DNA of 64,000 bases from Thermodesulfobacteriota bacterium (GTDB taxonomy: Bacteria > Desulfobacterota > Desulfobacteria > Desulfobacterales > SURF-7): positions 64,001 through 128,000 of the forward strand of contig JBMORA010000063.1 of assembly GCA_049320885.1 (NCBI GenBank), written 5' to 3'. The number at the start of each line of letters is the position of its first letter. Positions within the stretch are counted from its first letter, which is position 1. Positions 9,195 to 20,014 of this stretch are shown here, one piece after another. A program made the translations under genes and the position numbers. A model generated the notes under the pieces. That model saw only the letters and a list, made by a program, of their open reading frames with translations. It was not told the origin of the DNA and searched no databases.

Positions 9195-11879
9195 ATGAAT
9201 CGCTTCATCGCTTTTGTTCTGGATTGGCCCAAATCGGTTCTGCTGGTTCTGCTCGTCATCAGCGTCATCCTGGCCGGCGGTCTGAAAAAACTGCGCTTCG
9301 ACAACTCCGTGGAAGTATTCATGCCCCAGAGCGACAGCGAGTACGCCTTTTACAACGAAACCAAAAACATCTACGGCGACAGCGGACGCTTCTTCATCAT
9401 GAGCGTTTCCCATCCGGATTTGTGGTCGGCGGACACCTTCCGGCGCATCGAAACCCTGATCGCCGACATTGAGGAATACAAGGAGTACGACGAAACCCGG
9501 GAGGAAAACCGCCTGAAACGCCTGGAGGCGGCGACACAAACCGCGCCGCTTGAATCGAGCGACCTGCTGGGACAGTTTGCCGATGATCCGCCCTTCGCCC
9601 GCTACCTGAACCGCAAACTGGTCAAGATCGCGGACGGGAAGGAATTGCTGGCGAAGAAGGAGCTGGGGAAATTGCGGAAAGCCGCCCTGACCTCCAAGGA
9701 ATTGAAGCAGGGGGAGATGGTCGACCGCATCATTTCCCCCTTTACCTCCAAGGACATCTCCGGTCAGGACGACACCCTGGAAACCTACGACCTGATCGAA
9801 AAGGACGACGACGGCCGCCGCATCCTGCCGTCCACCAGGGAGGATTTCGACGCCTTGAAAAAACGGCTGGCCCGCAATCCGGCCTTTGAAAAAGGCATTT
9901 TCTACCGGGACCCCGCCAGCGGGGAAATCCGGGATCTCGGCGTCATCGTGCGGTTCATCAATCTCAAGGACCAGGACCCCATCTCCCGGGAAATGCTCGA
10001 GCTCATCCAGAGCCATGACGATCTCACCATCACGCCCCAGGGAGCGCCGGTGGCCAACATCTGGTTCAACAACTACCTGCACCGGGATCTGGGAAAATTC
10101 CTGCCCTACACCCTGCTGGCGGTGATCGTCATCTTTTTCTTCAACTTCCGCTCCATCCGGGGAATCCTGCTGCCCTCCATCACCCTGGGCATGTCCACCT
10201 TCTGGATCCTCGGCCTGATGGGCTACTGCGGCATTCGACTCACAGCCCTGGGGATTTCCCTGCCGCCGCTGATGATCGCCGTGGGCAGTTCCTACGGCAT
10301 CCATATCCTGAACCAGTACTACATCGATTTCGACATGATCGGCCGAACCGGAAAAAGAGCCGGCCTGAAAATCGCCATGGGCCACATCGCCACCACCGTG
10401 CTTCTGGCGGCCCTCACCACCTTCGTTTCCTTTGGCTCCTTAGCCACCAGCCAGCTCATCGCCATGAGCCAGTGGGGTGTCTTCTCCGGCATCGGCGTGC
10501 TCTTCGCCCTGATCATCTCCTGCACCCTGATTCCCGCGGCCCTGGCCCTCATGCCCCACCGAAGGCCCCGGCTGCTCATGAAAAAAGACCGGGAAGTGAA
10601 AAAAACCGCCATTGACACCCTGATTGAATTGGCCATAACCGCCGCCACCCGTCACCACAAACAGGTCCTGCTGGTGGTGCTGGTTCTCATCGCGGTTTCC
10701 GTGGTGGGCCTGTCCCGGCTGAATGTGGAGTCCGATTTCCTGCTGTATTTCAAGGAAAACGACTACATCCGCACCAGCGCCTTGGAAATTGAGAAAAAAT
10801 TCGGCGGCCGCTGGGGCTTCAACCTGCTCATCGACACCGGCGCGGCGGACGGGGTCAAAACCCCGGTGGCCCTGAACGCCGTGGAAACCATCCGGCGCTG
10901 GCTCACGGCCCCGGCAAACAAGCACCTGAACATCGGCCGGACCGACGCCTTCTCGGATTATATCAAGACCATGCATTTCGCCATGAACGAGGACAACCTG
11001 GACTATTACCGCATTCCGGAAAACCCAATGGATATCACCGACTACCTGGAAATCTATTCCGGCGATGACGACGATGCCGACGGCCGCATCGATGAATTCG
11101 AAGCTTATGTGGACGAAGATTTCCGGACCCTCAACCTGCTGGCGCGGTTCTGCCAGAAGGAGGATTATTCCATCGGCACGGCGGATATCAAGCGGATTTT
11201 GGGCCAGGTGCGGGAATACCTGGACAAGAATCTGCCGCCGGGTCTGAAGGCCAGGATCACCGGGTTTCCGGTGATGAACGTCAAGATGGTGGAATACATC
11301 ATCTCCGGCCAGCTCCAGAGCCTGCTGTCCTCCCTGGTGATCATCTTCATCATCGTCACCCTGCTGTTCAAGCGCTTCAGCGCCGGCATCCTCTCCCTCA
11401 TCCCCATGAGCACGGCGGTCCTCTTCAATTTCGGCATCATGGGCTTTTTCGGCATCAACCTGGACACCGTGACCTCCATCATCGCCTCCATCACCATCGG
11501 CATCGGCGTGGACGACACCATCCATTTCCTGAACACCTTCCGGCATATCCAGCGGCAAGGGGGCAGCACCGACGAATGCATCCGCCGGACCCTGCAGGTC
11601 TCGGGCAAAGCCATCATCTTTACTTCCCTGGCCCTGATCCTGGGATTCGCCGTGCTGACCATCTCCAGTTTCAAGCCCGTGATTTTTTTCGGCACCCTCA
11701 TGGGCATCACCATGACGGCCACCACCATCGGCGCCCTGGTGATCCTGCCCTCGGTCATCAAGCTCACCGGGGTGAATCTCGGGAAACGGGAAGTGGAGCA
11801 GGGGTTGTGGCGGTATATCGACATCGGGAAATTCTTCGGCCTGGAGGGGGAAGAAGCGCAGGAGCCGGTGGCCAAATGA
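9195..11879 (+). CDS. MMPL/RND-superfamily exporter
   Basis: Two repeats of one TM, a periplasmic domain and five TMs; AVGSSYGIH and GIGVDDTIHF motifs. ATG at 9195 lies downstream of the promoter. Confidence 0.88.
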   Translation: MNRFIAFVLDWPKSVLLVLLVISVILAGGLKKLRFDNSVEVFMPQSDSEYAFYNETKNIYGDSGRFFIMSVSHPDLWSADTFRRIETLIADIEEYKEYDETREENRLKRLEAATQTAPLESSDLLGQFADDPPFARYLNRKLVKIADGKELLAKKELGKLRKAALTSKELKQGEMVDRIISPFTSKDISGQDDTLETYDLIEKDDDGRRILPSTREDFDALKKRLARNPAFEKGIFYRDPASGEIRDLGVIVRFINLKDQDPISREMLELIQSHDDLTITPQGAPVANIWFNNYLHRDLGKFLPYTLLAVIVIFFFNFRSIRGILLPSITLGMSTFWILGLMGYCGIRLTALGISLPPLMIAVGSSYGIHILNQYYIDFDMIGRTGKRAGLKIAMGHIATTVLLAALTTFVSFGSLATSQLIAMSQWGVFSGIGVLFALIISCTLIPAALALMPHRRPRLLMKKDREVKKTAIDTLIELAITAATRHHKQVLLVVLVLIAVSVVGLSRLNVESDFLLYFKENDYIRTSALEIEKKFGGRWGFNLLIDTGAADGVKTPVALNAVETIRRWLTAPANKHLNIGRTDAFSDYIKTMHFAMNEDNLDYYRIPENPMDITDYLEIYSGDDDDADGRIDEFEAYVDEDFRTLNLLARFCQKEDYSIGTADIKRILGQVREYLDKNLPPGLKARITGFPVMNVKMVEYIISGQLQSLLSSLVIIFIIVTLLFKRFSAGILSLIPMSTAVLFNFGIMGFFGINLDTVTSIIASITIGIGVDDTIHFLNTFRHIQRQGGSTDECIRRTLQVSGKAIIFTSLALILGFAVLTISSFKPVIFFGTLMGITMTATTIGALVILPSVIKLTGVNLGKREVEQGLWRYIDIGKFFGLEGEEAQEPVAK

Positions 11880-11928
11880 AGTTTGAAGGTTTTGAAGACA
11901 GGAGTCAGAAGGAAAAAAATGGATGACC

Positions 11929-11962
11929 GGAGCGGGACGCCGGTGGTCCGGCCTCCCGCTCC
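11929..11962. terminator. Strong hairpin between convergent genes (probable terminator)
   Basis: GGAGCGGGA-c-GCCGG-tggt-CCGGC-c-TCCCGCTCC: 14 paired bases with one mismatch. Confidence 0.7.
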
Positions 11963-11987
11963 TTGGGGTTGGGATTCGCGGGGATGA

Positions 11988-13193
11988 TCAGTCGTCAAAA
12001 AACATCCAGGCCGCCACGCCGGCATGATCCGACGGCCACAAGCCGCCGGGGGTCATGTTCCAGGGCTTGTCGCCGAGGGTGGCGCCCACGACCCAATTGA
12101 CCTCACTGCCCACCGGCCGCAGGAGCACGAGATCGATGCGGGAGGTGAGTACGTCGTCCGGGTTATCGATGGTTTCGCCGAACCCGCTGGTGAAGCCGTC
12201 CCGGGGCCAGAAAATCCGGTTCCAGGCGTCCTGATAGCCGCTGCCGAGAACCGCCTGCATATAGGGGGGCACATAATTCTGGCAGCCGTAGACCGGGTGG
12301 CAGCCCTGGCCGGGAACATCCGCCGGCGAGCTGTTGAAATCACCCACCAGAATGATGGTCTTCGGATCCAGACTTTGCAGGTAGTCCAGGGTGCCCATCA
12401 ACTCCTGCATCTGGGCCGCCTGCACCACCCGGAAAAAACTGTCGGCCGCGCTGGCCACTTCCAGATGGGTGTTGACGAACCGGTAGTTTTTTCGGCAGAT
12501 GCGCACATCCACCGCCGACCAGCCCCGGGTGAATTCCAGATAAACACCGCCGATGGTTTCCCCGACATTGTAGGCATAGTTGGCGGACCGAGGGTTGGAG
12601 GTCGCCAGATCCGATCGGACCAGAATCACGTCCCGGTCCAGGAGCCGCAGATCGTTGAAGGCGGGATAGCCCGTACCCGGATCGAAACCGGTGAGCATGG
12701 GCAGTTCCACATCCGCGTTGGCATTGACGGCCGCCACCTTGTAGTGCAGGCCCCGGGCGGCCAGTGCGTTAAGAAGAATGTCCAGATAGTTGTAGACCAG
12801 GGTCTCCGCCGGTGTGGTTCCCCCGAAGGCCGCATCGCCCGGTGACTGCATATACCAGGTGGATACCTCCTGCAGGCCGATGAGATGCGGCTGGGTAAAG
12901 AGGACTTCGTTGGCGAGGGCCTCGGCCCGTTCCGGGAAATTCGTGTATTGCACAGTCTGAAACAGACCGGCCACAGCGATGGGGACATCCAGGCCGCCGA
13001 GGGCCGGGTCCGGGTTCTGGGCCGCCTCCAGCACCTTGAAAATATCCGCCCCCAAATAGATATTGCGGGTCATCACCCTGACCTGACCCGATACCAGCGG
13101 GTTCGCCGACGCCATGGGCGCCGCCGCGATGAGCAGCCCCAGGAACAAGGCGAACCACCCTGCCGACATTCGACCCAAACCGTGTTTTGCCAT
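11988..13193 (-). CDS. Secreted endonuclease/exonuclease/phosphatase (EEP) family protein
   Basis: Signal peptide ending ASA. EEP motifs MTRN, GLQE, NTHL, GDFN, RID, SDH. GGAGGAG RBS before ATG at 13193. Confidence 0.85.
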   Translation of the reverse strand: MAKHGLGRMSAGWFALFLGLLIAAAPMASANPLVSGQVRVMTRNIYLGADIFKVLEAAQNPDPALGGLDVPIAVAGLFQTVQYTNFPERAEALANEVLFTQPHLIGLQEVSTWYMQSPGDAAFGGTTPAETLVYNYLDILLNALAARGLHYKVAAVNANADVELPMLTGFDPGTGYPAFNDLRLLDRDVILVRSDLATSNPRSANYAYNVGETIGGVYLEFTRGWSAVDVRICRKNYRFVNTHLEVASAADSFFRVVQAAQMQELMGTLDYLQSLDPKTIILVGDFNSSPADVPGQGCHPVYGCQNYVPPYMQAVLGSGYQDAWNRIFWPRDGFTSGFGETIDNPDDVLTSRIDLVLLRPVGSEVNWVVGATLGDKPWNMTPGGLWPSDHAGVAAWMFFDD

Positions 13194-13445
13194 GACACCC
13201 TCCTCCGATATGATGGTTGGACAATGATCCGGTGCAACCTCCACCGGACCGGACAGGTTATTTCCACGTCTGATAGACAATCCGCCGGATTGATGTAGAT
13301 TCAGCAAGGGGTAGAACGGCATTTCCATTGGCGGCCAACGCGCACTGGTACGATCCCTACCATCCGGATCGGAGAATTGTCAATTGATTCCATGGGGATT
13401 CCACTCCCGGGAGGCCTTTCGCCGAAGCCGGCACTGGCGGAACGC

Positions 13446-15344
13446 CTATAACTTGATGTGCGTACCCATTTCCACCACCCGATTGGACGGCAGCCCGAAA
13501 TACGTCATGGGCGTCTGCGCCAAACGCGACAGGAAGGCAAAAAGATCCTTGCGCCAGCGGCTCATTCTGGCGGGCCCGCCGGTCAAGAGGGTTTCCCGGC
13601 TTAGATAATAGACGGCGGCCTGAAAATCCACCGGGAGCCCTTGCTTCCTTGCAAGAACGAACACATGGGGGACATTCGGAGTTTCCATGAACCCGAAACG
13701 AGCGATCACCCGCAGGAACCCCTGGCCCAGGTCCTGAATGAACACTTTTTCGTCACCGGGCACATGCGGGGTATCGGATGTCAGCATGCTCAGGAAAAGG
13801 ACCCGTTCGTACAGGATGTTGTTGAATTTCAAATGATGCAGCTGGGCCACGGGTATGCCGTCCGGCGTAACGGAGAGAAAAACGGCGGTGCCGGGAATCC
13901 GCAATGGCTTTTTGGCGGCCACATCCGAAAAAAACAATTCCTCGGATACCCGCCCTTTGAGAACGATCCGGTACAGTTCCGCCCTTCCGTCCCTCCAGGA
14001 AGTCATCACCACCATCACCAGGGCGGCAATGCCCAGGGTGATCCAGCCGCCGTCCGCCAGTTTCAGCAGGTTCGCGCTGAAATAACTGCCATCAAAAAAA
14101 AGAAAGAAACCCACGAGCAAAACGGCCTTCCAGCGGGATCGTTTCCAGGTATGCCGCATCACGAAGAAAAAGATAATCGAGGTGATTCCCATGGTCGCCG
14201 TGACGGCCAGGCCGTATGCCCCGGCCAGCCGGGCCGAACTTTGAAAAACAAGAACCAGCAGCAAACATGCCGCCAGCAGCATCTTGTTGATGATGGGCAT
14301 GTAAATTTGGCCTCTGGTTTCACTCGAGGTATGAAAAATCCGCAGGCGCGGCAGCAGACCCAGCTGGATAGCCTGCTGGCTGAGGGAGAAAACACCGGAA
14401 ATCATGGCCTGGGAGGCGATGATGGTGGCCATGGTGGCGAGCAGCAAGAGGGGATACAGCAGCGAACGGGGCGCCAAGCCGTAAAAAGGATTCGCCGCCA
14501 TTTCGGATGTCTGTAGCAGCAGGGCACCCTGGCCGAAATAATTGCACAACAGGGCGGGCCAGACCAGTAAGAGCCAGGATCGTCTGATGGCGGTTTGATT
14601 GAAATGACCGAGATCGGCGTACAGGGCTTCGGCGCCGGTGATGCACAACACCACCGAACCCAGGGCCACGAATCCGTTGAGGTGATTCGCCAGGAAAAAT
14701 CGCACCGCATAACCAGGCGAAATCGCAAGAAGTACACCTGGGTATTGCAGGACGGCGCGGACGCCCAGAAGGGAAATCACGAAAAACCAGAGCAGCATGA
14801 TGGGGCCGAAAATGCGCCCGATCCCCGCCGTCCCGCGGCGCTGGAACAGGAACAGACCGGTCAGGATCACACAGGTTATCGGAATCACGAATTTTTTCGC
14901 GGCCGGCGTCGCCGTCTCCAACCCCTCCACCGCGGAAAGGACGGAAATGGCCGGAGTGATCACACCGTCTCCGTACAACAGGGCGGCGCCGAAAATGGCC
15001 AGCAGGACCACCCGGGACTGCAGACGTATGGAAAAATGTTTCCCGGGCCTGGGAAGTTTGGCCATGAGCGCGAATATCCCGCCCTCGCCGTTGTTGTCGG
15101 CCTTGAGAATGACCGCCACATATTTCAGGCTGACGATCAGGGCCAGGGACCAGAACACCAGGGATAAAACCCCCAGGATGTTGTCTCTCGAAACATCCAC
15201 CGCGTGCAGGCCATGAAAGCATTCCCGGATGGTATACAGGGGGCTGGTGCCGATATCGCCGTAAACCACGCCGACGGCGCCGAGAAGCATCGTCATGGTT
15301 TTGGACGGGGAGGATTCGGTGTGCGCCGTTGTTGCAGTACCCAC
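13446..15344 (-). CDS. kup: KUP/HAK/KT potassium uptake transporter
   Basis: GVVYGDIGTSPLY, ADNNGEGG, GDGVITPAISVLSAVEG, TGAEALYADLGHF, GQIY, FGFME. GTG start at 15344 follows GGAGG. Confidence 0.95.
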   Translation of the reverse strand: MGTATTAHTESSPSKTMTMLLGAVGVVYGDIGTSPLYTIRECFHGLHAVDVSRDNILGVLSLVFWSLALIVSLKYVAVILKADNNGEGGIFALMAKLPRPGKHFSIRLQSRVVLLAIFGAALLYGDGVITPAISVLSAVEGLETATPAAKKFVIPITCVILTGLFLFQRRGTAGIGRIFGPIMLLWFFVISLLGVRAVLQYPGVLLAISPGYAVRFFLANHLNGFVALGSVVLCITGAEALYADLGHFNQTAIRRSWLLLVWPALLCNYFGQGALLLQTSEMAANPFYGLAPRSLLYPLLLLATMATIIASQAMISGVFSLSQQAIQLGLLPRLRIFHTSSETRGQIYMPIINKMLLAACLLLVLVFQSSARLAGAYGLAVTATMGITSIIFFFVMRHTWKRSRWKAVLLVGFFLFFDGSYFSANLLKLADGGWITLGIAALVMVVMTSWRDGRAELYRIVLKGRVSEELFFSDVAAKKPLRIPGTAVFLSVTPDGIPVAQLHHLKFNNILYERVLFLSMLTSDTPHVPGDEKVFIQDLGQGFLRVIARFGFMETPNVPHVFVLARKQGLPVDFQAAVYYLSRETLLTGGPARMSRWRKDLFAFLSRLAQTPMTYFGLPSNRVVEMGTHIKL

Positions 15345-15539
15345 GGGATTTGACCTCCGGGATGATCGGATTCGGATGATTTCCAATATCAATAAAATAT
15401 CTATGGCATTTTGAACCATGGCGGCCATTCCCCGATGGCCGCCAACAGCATCGCCCCCAATACCAGAAGGCCCAGCGCGTTGTCAAGAAACCCGATGAGG
15501 ACGGGGACCGAGGTCGACAAGGGAATGCGTTCCGGATTT

Positions 15540-15567
15540 GCCCTTGCATCCCTGCCCTTGCATCCCT
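15540..15567. repeat. 14-bp tandem direct repeat in the kup/TolC divergent region
   Basis: GCCCTTGCATCCCT occurs twice exactly, followed by a degenerate GCTTGATCC. Confidence 0.8.
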
Positions 15568-15630
15568 GCTTGATCCATTTGCCGCTTTCGTATAGAGTCC
15601 TTTGCAAAAAGGAAAGCGAACGTATTCCCC

Positions 15631-16944
15631 ATGAATTTGAAATGGATTTACCTGCCCGTTCTGCTGGCCTGCCTGCTGATTGCCCCGGGCCGGCCCGGAG
15701 CGGCGGAAAACCGGATGAACCTCGGCGATTGCATCGAGACGGCCTTGAAAAACCAGCCCCAACTGCATGCGGCCTCGGCGAATCTGGACGCCGGCAAATC
15801 CCGGGAAAAGCAGGCCTTCTCCCGGTATCTGCCCCAGGTGGCGGCCAGCACGGGATATTCGGAGTCCCAGCAGGACGGCGGCGCCTTCGGGTATACCATC
15901 ATGAAACGATACAGCACCTCGCTCTCCGTCAATCAGACGGTGTATGATTTCGGCCGGACCGGCGGTACCTATGATGCGGCCCGTCTCAGCACCCGGTCGG
16001 CGGAATTGGATGCGGAGCGGGTGAAACAGGACGTGATCCTGAACGTCAAGCAGGCCTATTTCGACCTGCTCCAGGCCCAACGGCTAGTCCTGCTCGCTCA
16101 AAAAACACTGGACCAGTCCCAAAGTCATCTCAGACAGGCGGAAGAGTTCCACCGGGCGGGCACCAAACCCGTTTTCGACGTGACCCGGGCCGAAGTGGAA
16201 GTGAACAGCATGCGGCTCGGTCTCATCAACGCCGAAAACCGTCTGCGGATCAACGCAATGGCCCTGAACAACGCCATGGGTGTCGATCCGGAAGGCCGAA
16301 TCGAAATCCACGACAGCCTGGAAGCCTGGCCGGCCGTCCCCTCCCTGGAGACGGTCAAAACCGAGGCCCTGGGAAACCGACCGGACCTGCGCAAGCTCGA
16401 TACGGACATCGCGGCGGCGGACGCGCGCATCCGCGCCGAGGAAGCCCAATATCTGCCCACCCTCGCCCTCAACGGCAGATACAACTGGAACGACGGCACC
16501 ACTGAAATGGAGATGTTGAAAGAGGATGTGGATAACAGCTGGGATGCGGAGATCGCTCTTTCCATTCCGCTGTATGAAGGCGGTCTTACAGCCAGCAAGG
16601 TCGACGAGGCCAAATTCAACCGCCAAGCCCTCCGTTCCCAGCGGGAAATCCTCCGTCAGGCCATCCTGATCGAAATATGCCGATATTACGCGGAAATGGA
16701 AAGCGCAAAAGTCCGGATCGACGTGATGAGGCACGCCCTCCGGAAAGCGGAGGAAAATTTCGCCATCGCCCGGGGCCGGTATGAGGAAGGGGTCGGGCCG
16801 TACATCGATGTAACCGACGCCCGGGTTTCATCGGTTACGGCCGAAACGGATTATGTGCAGTCCCTCTATGATTTCCAGCTCGCCGCCGCCAGACTACTGA
16901 ATGCCATGGGCAAAGGCGGGCAACTGCAAGGAAGGGTGGAATGA
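15631..16944 (+). CDS. TolC-family outer-membrane efflux protein
   Basis: Signal peptide; two OEP repeats (YLPQV / YLPTL, VKQAYFDLL, RYEEG); first gene of an exporter operon. Confidence 0.9.
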   Translation: MNLKWIYLPVLLACLLIAPGRPGAAENRMNLGDCIETALKNQPQLHAASANLDAGKSREKQAFSRYLPQVAASTGYSESQQDGGAFGYTIMKRYSTSLSVNQTVYDFGRTGGTYDAARLSTRSAELDAERVKQDVILNVKQAYFDLLQAQRLVLLAQKTLDQSQSHLRQAEEFHRAGTKPVFDVTRAEVEVNSMRLGLINAENRLRINAMALNNAMGVDPEGRIEIHDSLEAWPAVPSLETVKTEALGNRPDLRKLDTDIAAADARIRAEEAQYLPTLALNGRYNWNDGTTEMEMLKEDVDNSWDAEIALSIPLYEGGLTASKVDEAKFNRQALRSQREILRQAILIEICRYYAEMESAKVRIDVMRHALRKAEENFAIARGRYEEGVGPYIDVTDARVSSVTAETDYVQSLYDFQLAAARLLNAMGKGGQLQGRVE

Positions 16945-18041
16945 ACGCAAGCAGCGGGTTGTTGAAACGGAAATGGGTCTGGTTGTTTCTCCTGGGGGTG
17001 GTCGCGGCCGCCGGGTGGCTGATGCTGAGGGAAGGAAAAACGGTGCCGGTCAAGGCGGTTGCAGTCAAACCCGGCGAACTCCGCGTCATCGTGAACGCCA
17101 CCACCACTTCCACGGTCAAATCCGAAACCGAGGTCACTTTGTCGGCCCAGCGCACGGGCCGGGTCGTCAAACTGCCGGTGCGCGAGGGCGACACCGTCAA
17201 AGCCGGGGATCTCATCGCCCAACTGGATTTGAGTGAGGAATCGGTTCAGACCAGAAGCAACCTGGATCAGAGCAGGGCCACCTTTGAGGAGTCCCAAAAA
17301 AACCGTGCCCGCATGGAAGCCCTGTTCCGGAAGGGCATGATCGCCCAGCAGGATCTGGATGCGGCCCGCCGGGCCCATGAAATCGCCGAAGCCCAATACA
17401 CGGCGGCCTCGGCCGACGCCGCGGTGAAACAAGATTATTCCATCATCCGAACGCCTTTTGACGGCGTCGTGGCCAAAAAATACACCGAGGTGGGAGAACT
17501 GCTGCTTCCCGGAAAGCAGATCGTGATGATCGTGAATCCGGAACTCATCTATGTGCTTGCCACCATCGACGAAGTCGATGTGGGCAGACTCGAGCTGAAT
17601 CAACCCGTCACCATCACCGTCGACGCCTACCCGGGCGAACGATTCCAAGGGCGGGTGGGCCGGATATCACCCATTGTCAGCGGCGGCAAGCTTGAAACCC
17701 GCACGGCGGACGTGTGGGTGTATTTCAATGAAAAACAGCCGAAAATCAAACCCGGCATGTCGGCGGACGTGGAGATCCTGGTGATGACACTGGCGGACGT
17801 GCTGTCCGTCCCCTCCCAGGCCATTATCGAAAGGGAAGGCAAAAAACAGCTTTACTGCGCCGCCGGAGCCTCCTTGAAACCCGGCGACACGGCCCCGGCG
17901 ATATTGAAACCCGTGGGCATCGGGGAGACCAATTGGAGCTTCACCCAGATCACCGATGGTCTTTCCTCCGGGGAATACGTCATCACCACCCCCGAAGCCG
18001 AGGGACTGGAAAACGGCGTCAAGGTCAGGATCGAACCGTAA
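16941..18041 (+). CDS. Periplasmic adaptor (MacA/HlyD-like)
   Basis: N-terminal TM; GRVVKLPVREGDTVKAGDLIAQLD lipoyl half-motif, IRTPFDGVV, KPGMSA. Confidence 0.9.
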   Translation: MNASSGLLKRKWVWLFLLGVVAAAGWLMLREGKTVPVKAVAVKPGELRVIVNATTTSTVKSETEVTLSAQRTGRVVKLPVREGDTVKAGDLIAQLDLSEESVQTRSNLDQSRATFEESQKNRARMEALFRKGMIAQQDLDAARRAHEIAEAQYTAASADAAVKQDYSIIRTPFDGVVAKKYTEVGELLLPGKQIVMIVNPELIYVLATIDEVDVGRLELNQPVTITVDAYPGERFQGRVGRISPIVSGGKLETRTADVWVYFNEKQPKIKPGMSADVEILVMTLADVLSVPSQAIIEREGKKQLYCAAGASLKPGDTAPAILKPVGIGETNWSFTQITDGLSSGEYVITTPEAEGLENGVKVRIEP

Positions 18042-18068
18042 CCTAAAAGAACTCCCCGGAGCCATGCG

Positions 18069-18742
<674 letters not shown>

Positions 18743-18746
<4 letters not shown>

Positions 18747-19951
18747 ATTTACTCGAAACCTTCCGGGTGGCTTTCGAGGCCATCCTGTCCAACAAAATGC
18801 GCTCCGGCTTGACCATGCTCGGCGTGATCATCGGCGTCATGGCGGTGATCCTGCTGGTATCCATCGGCGAAGGGGCCCGGACCTATATCACCAAGGAACT
18901 GACCGGGCTCGGCACGAACCTGCTCATTATCACCTCCGGCAAGACCAGCACCAGCGGGGGATTCCATCCACCATCGGCCGGGACCGTGCGCAAACTGACC
19001 TATGACGACTCCCTGGCCATCCGGCGCCGGGCCTGGCTGTTGACCGACGCGGTACCCATTGTATTCGGCACCGGCAAGATCAAGTATGAAAACCGCGGCC
19101 GCGACACCAGCATCATCGGCACGACAAGGGAATTCGAACGCGTGCGGAACCTCTTTGTGGAAACCGGCGCATTTGTATCCCAGGGGGATGTGGATTCCAA
19201 GGCCAAGGTCGTGGTCCTGGGCAGACGGGTGAAGGATGAACTGTTCGGCGAGGAAAGCCCCCTGGGAAAAATCGTACGGGTTGCCGATGCGCGCTACCGG
19301 GTGGTGGGAGTCATGCGGAAAAAAGGCACGAGTCTCGGCTGGGATATCGATGATGTGGTCTTCATCCCCGTGACCAGCGGCCAGGAGCTGTTCGACACCG
19401 ACGGGTTGTTTGAAATCATCGCCTCCACTCCCCGGGCCGAGGATGTGGATCGCGCCATCGTCCAGATCAAGAATATTCTCATCCGGCGCCATGCCCACAA
19501 GGAGGATTTCACCATCCAGACCCAGGGCGCCATTCTGGAAACCATGACCACCATCCTCGGCGTGTTGACCGCCGTGCTGGGCGGCATCGCCGGCATATCG
19601 CTCCTGGTGGGCGGCATCGGCATCATGAACATCATGCTGGTTTCAGTGCGCGAGCGCACGCGGGAAATCGGGATCCGCAAGGCCCTCGGCGCCCGCAACC
19701 GCGACATCATGGCCCAGTTCATCGTCGAGGCCATCACCCTGAGCGGCGCGGGCGGCGTTATCGGTATCTTCGCCGGCGTGGGCATCGCCCTCGCCATCCC
19801 CGTCTTCGTGACCGTCCTGCCCACCAGCGTCTCGGCCTGGTCCATCGCCATGGCCTTCGGTTTTTCCGTGGCCGTGGGGGTGTTCTTCGGCGTGTATCCG
19901 GCCCGCAAGGCCGCCCTCCAGGATCCCATCCAGGCCCTGCGGTACGAATAG
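18743..19951 (+). CDS. ABC permease (MacB/FtsX family)
   Basis: RSGLTMLGVIIGV, GGIGIMNIMLVSVRERTREIGIRKALGA, YPARKAA..DPIQALRYE; ATGA-coupled to the ATPase gene. Confidence 0.93.
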
Positions 19952-20014
19952 TCGCCGACGGCTGTTGGCAGCCCATTGTGTTTATTTCCCTGGTCATGGT
20001 ATAGTCACACCGGT

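Noticed and set aside
11876..11926. 16-codon ORF ATGA-coupled to the MMPL stop (MKFEGFEDRSQKEKNG)
   Set aside because: Too short, no recognisable similarity, and it runs into the terminator hairpin.
15450..15525. Acr3 C-terminal remnant (VPVLIG...AL)
   Set aside because: The resemblance covers only about a dozen residues, too short to support.
15345..15630. c-di-AMP riboswitch upstream of kup
   Set aside because: I could not find its conserved segments (GCTGAA, GGGG, CAGCTAA-like) by eye; an Rfam scan would settle it.
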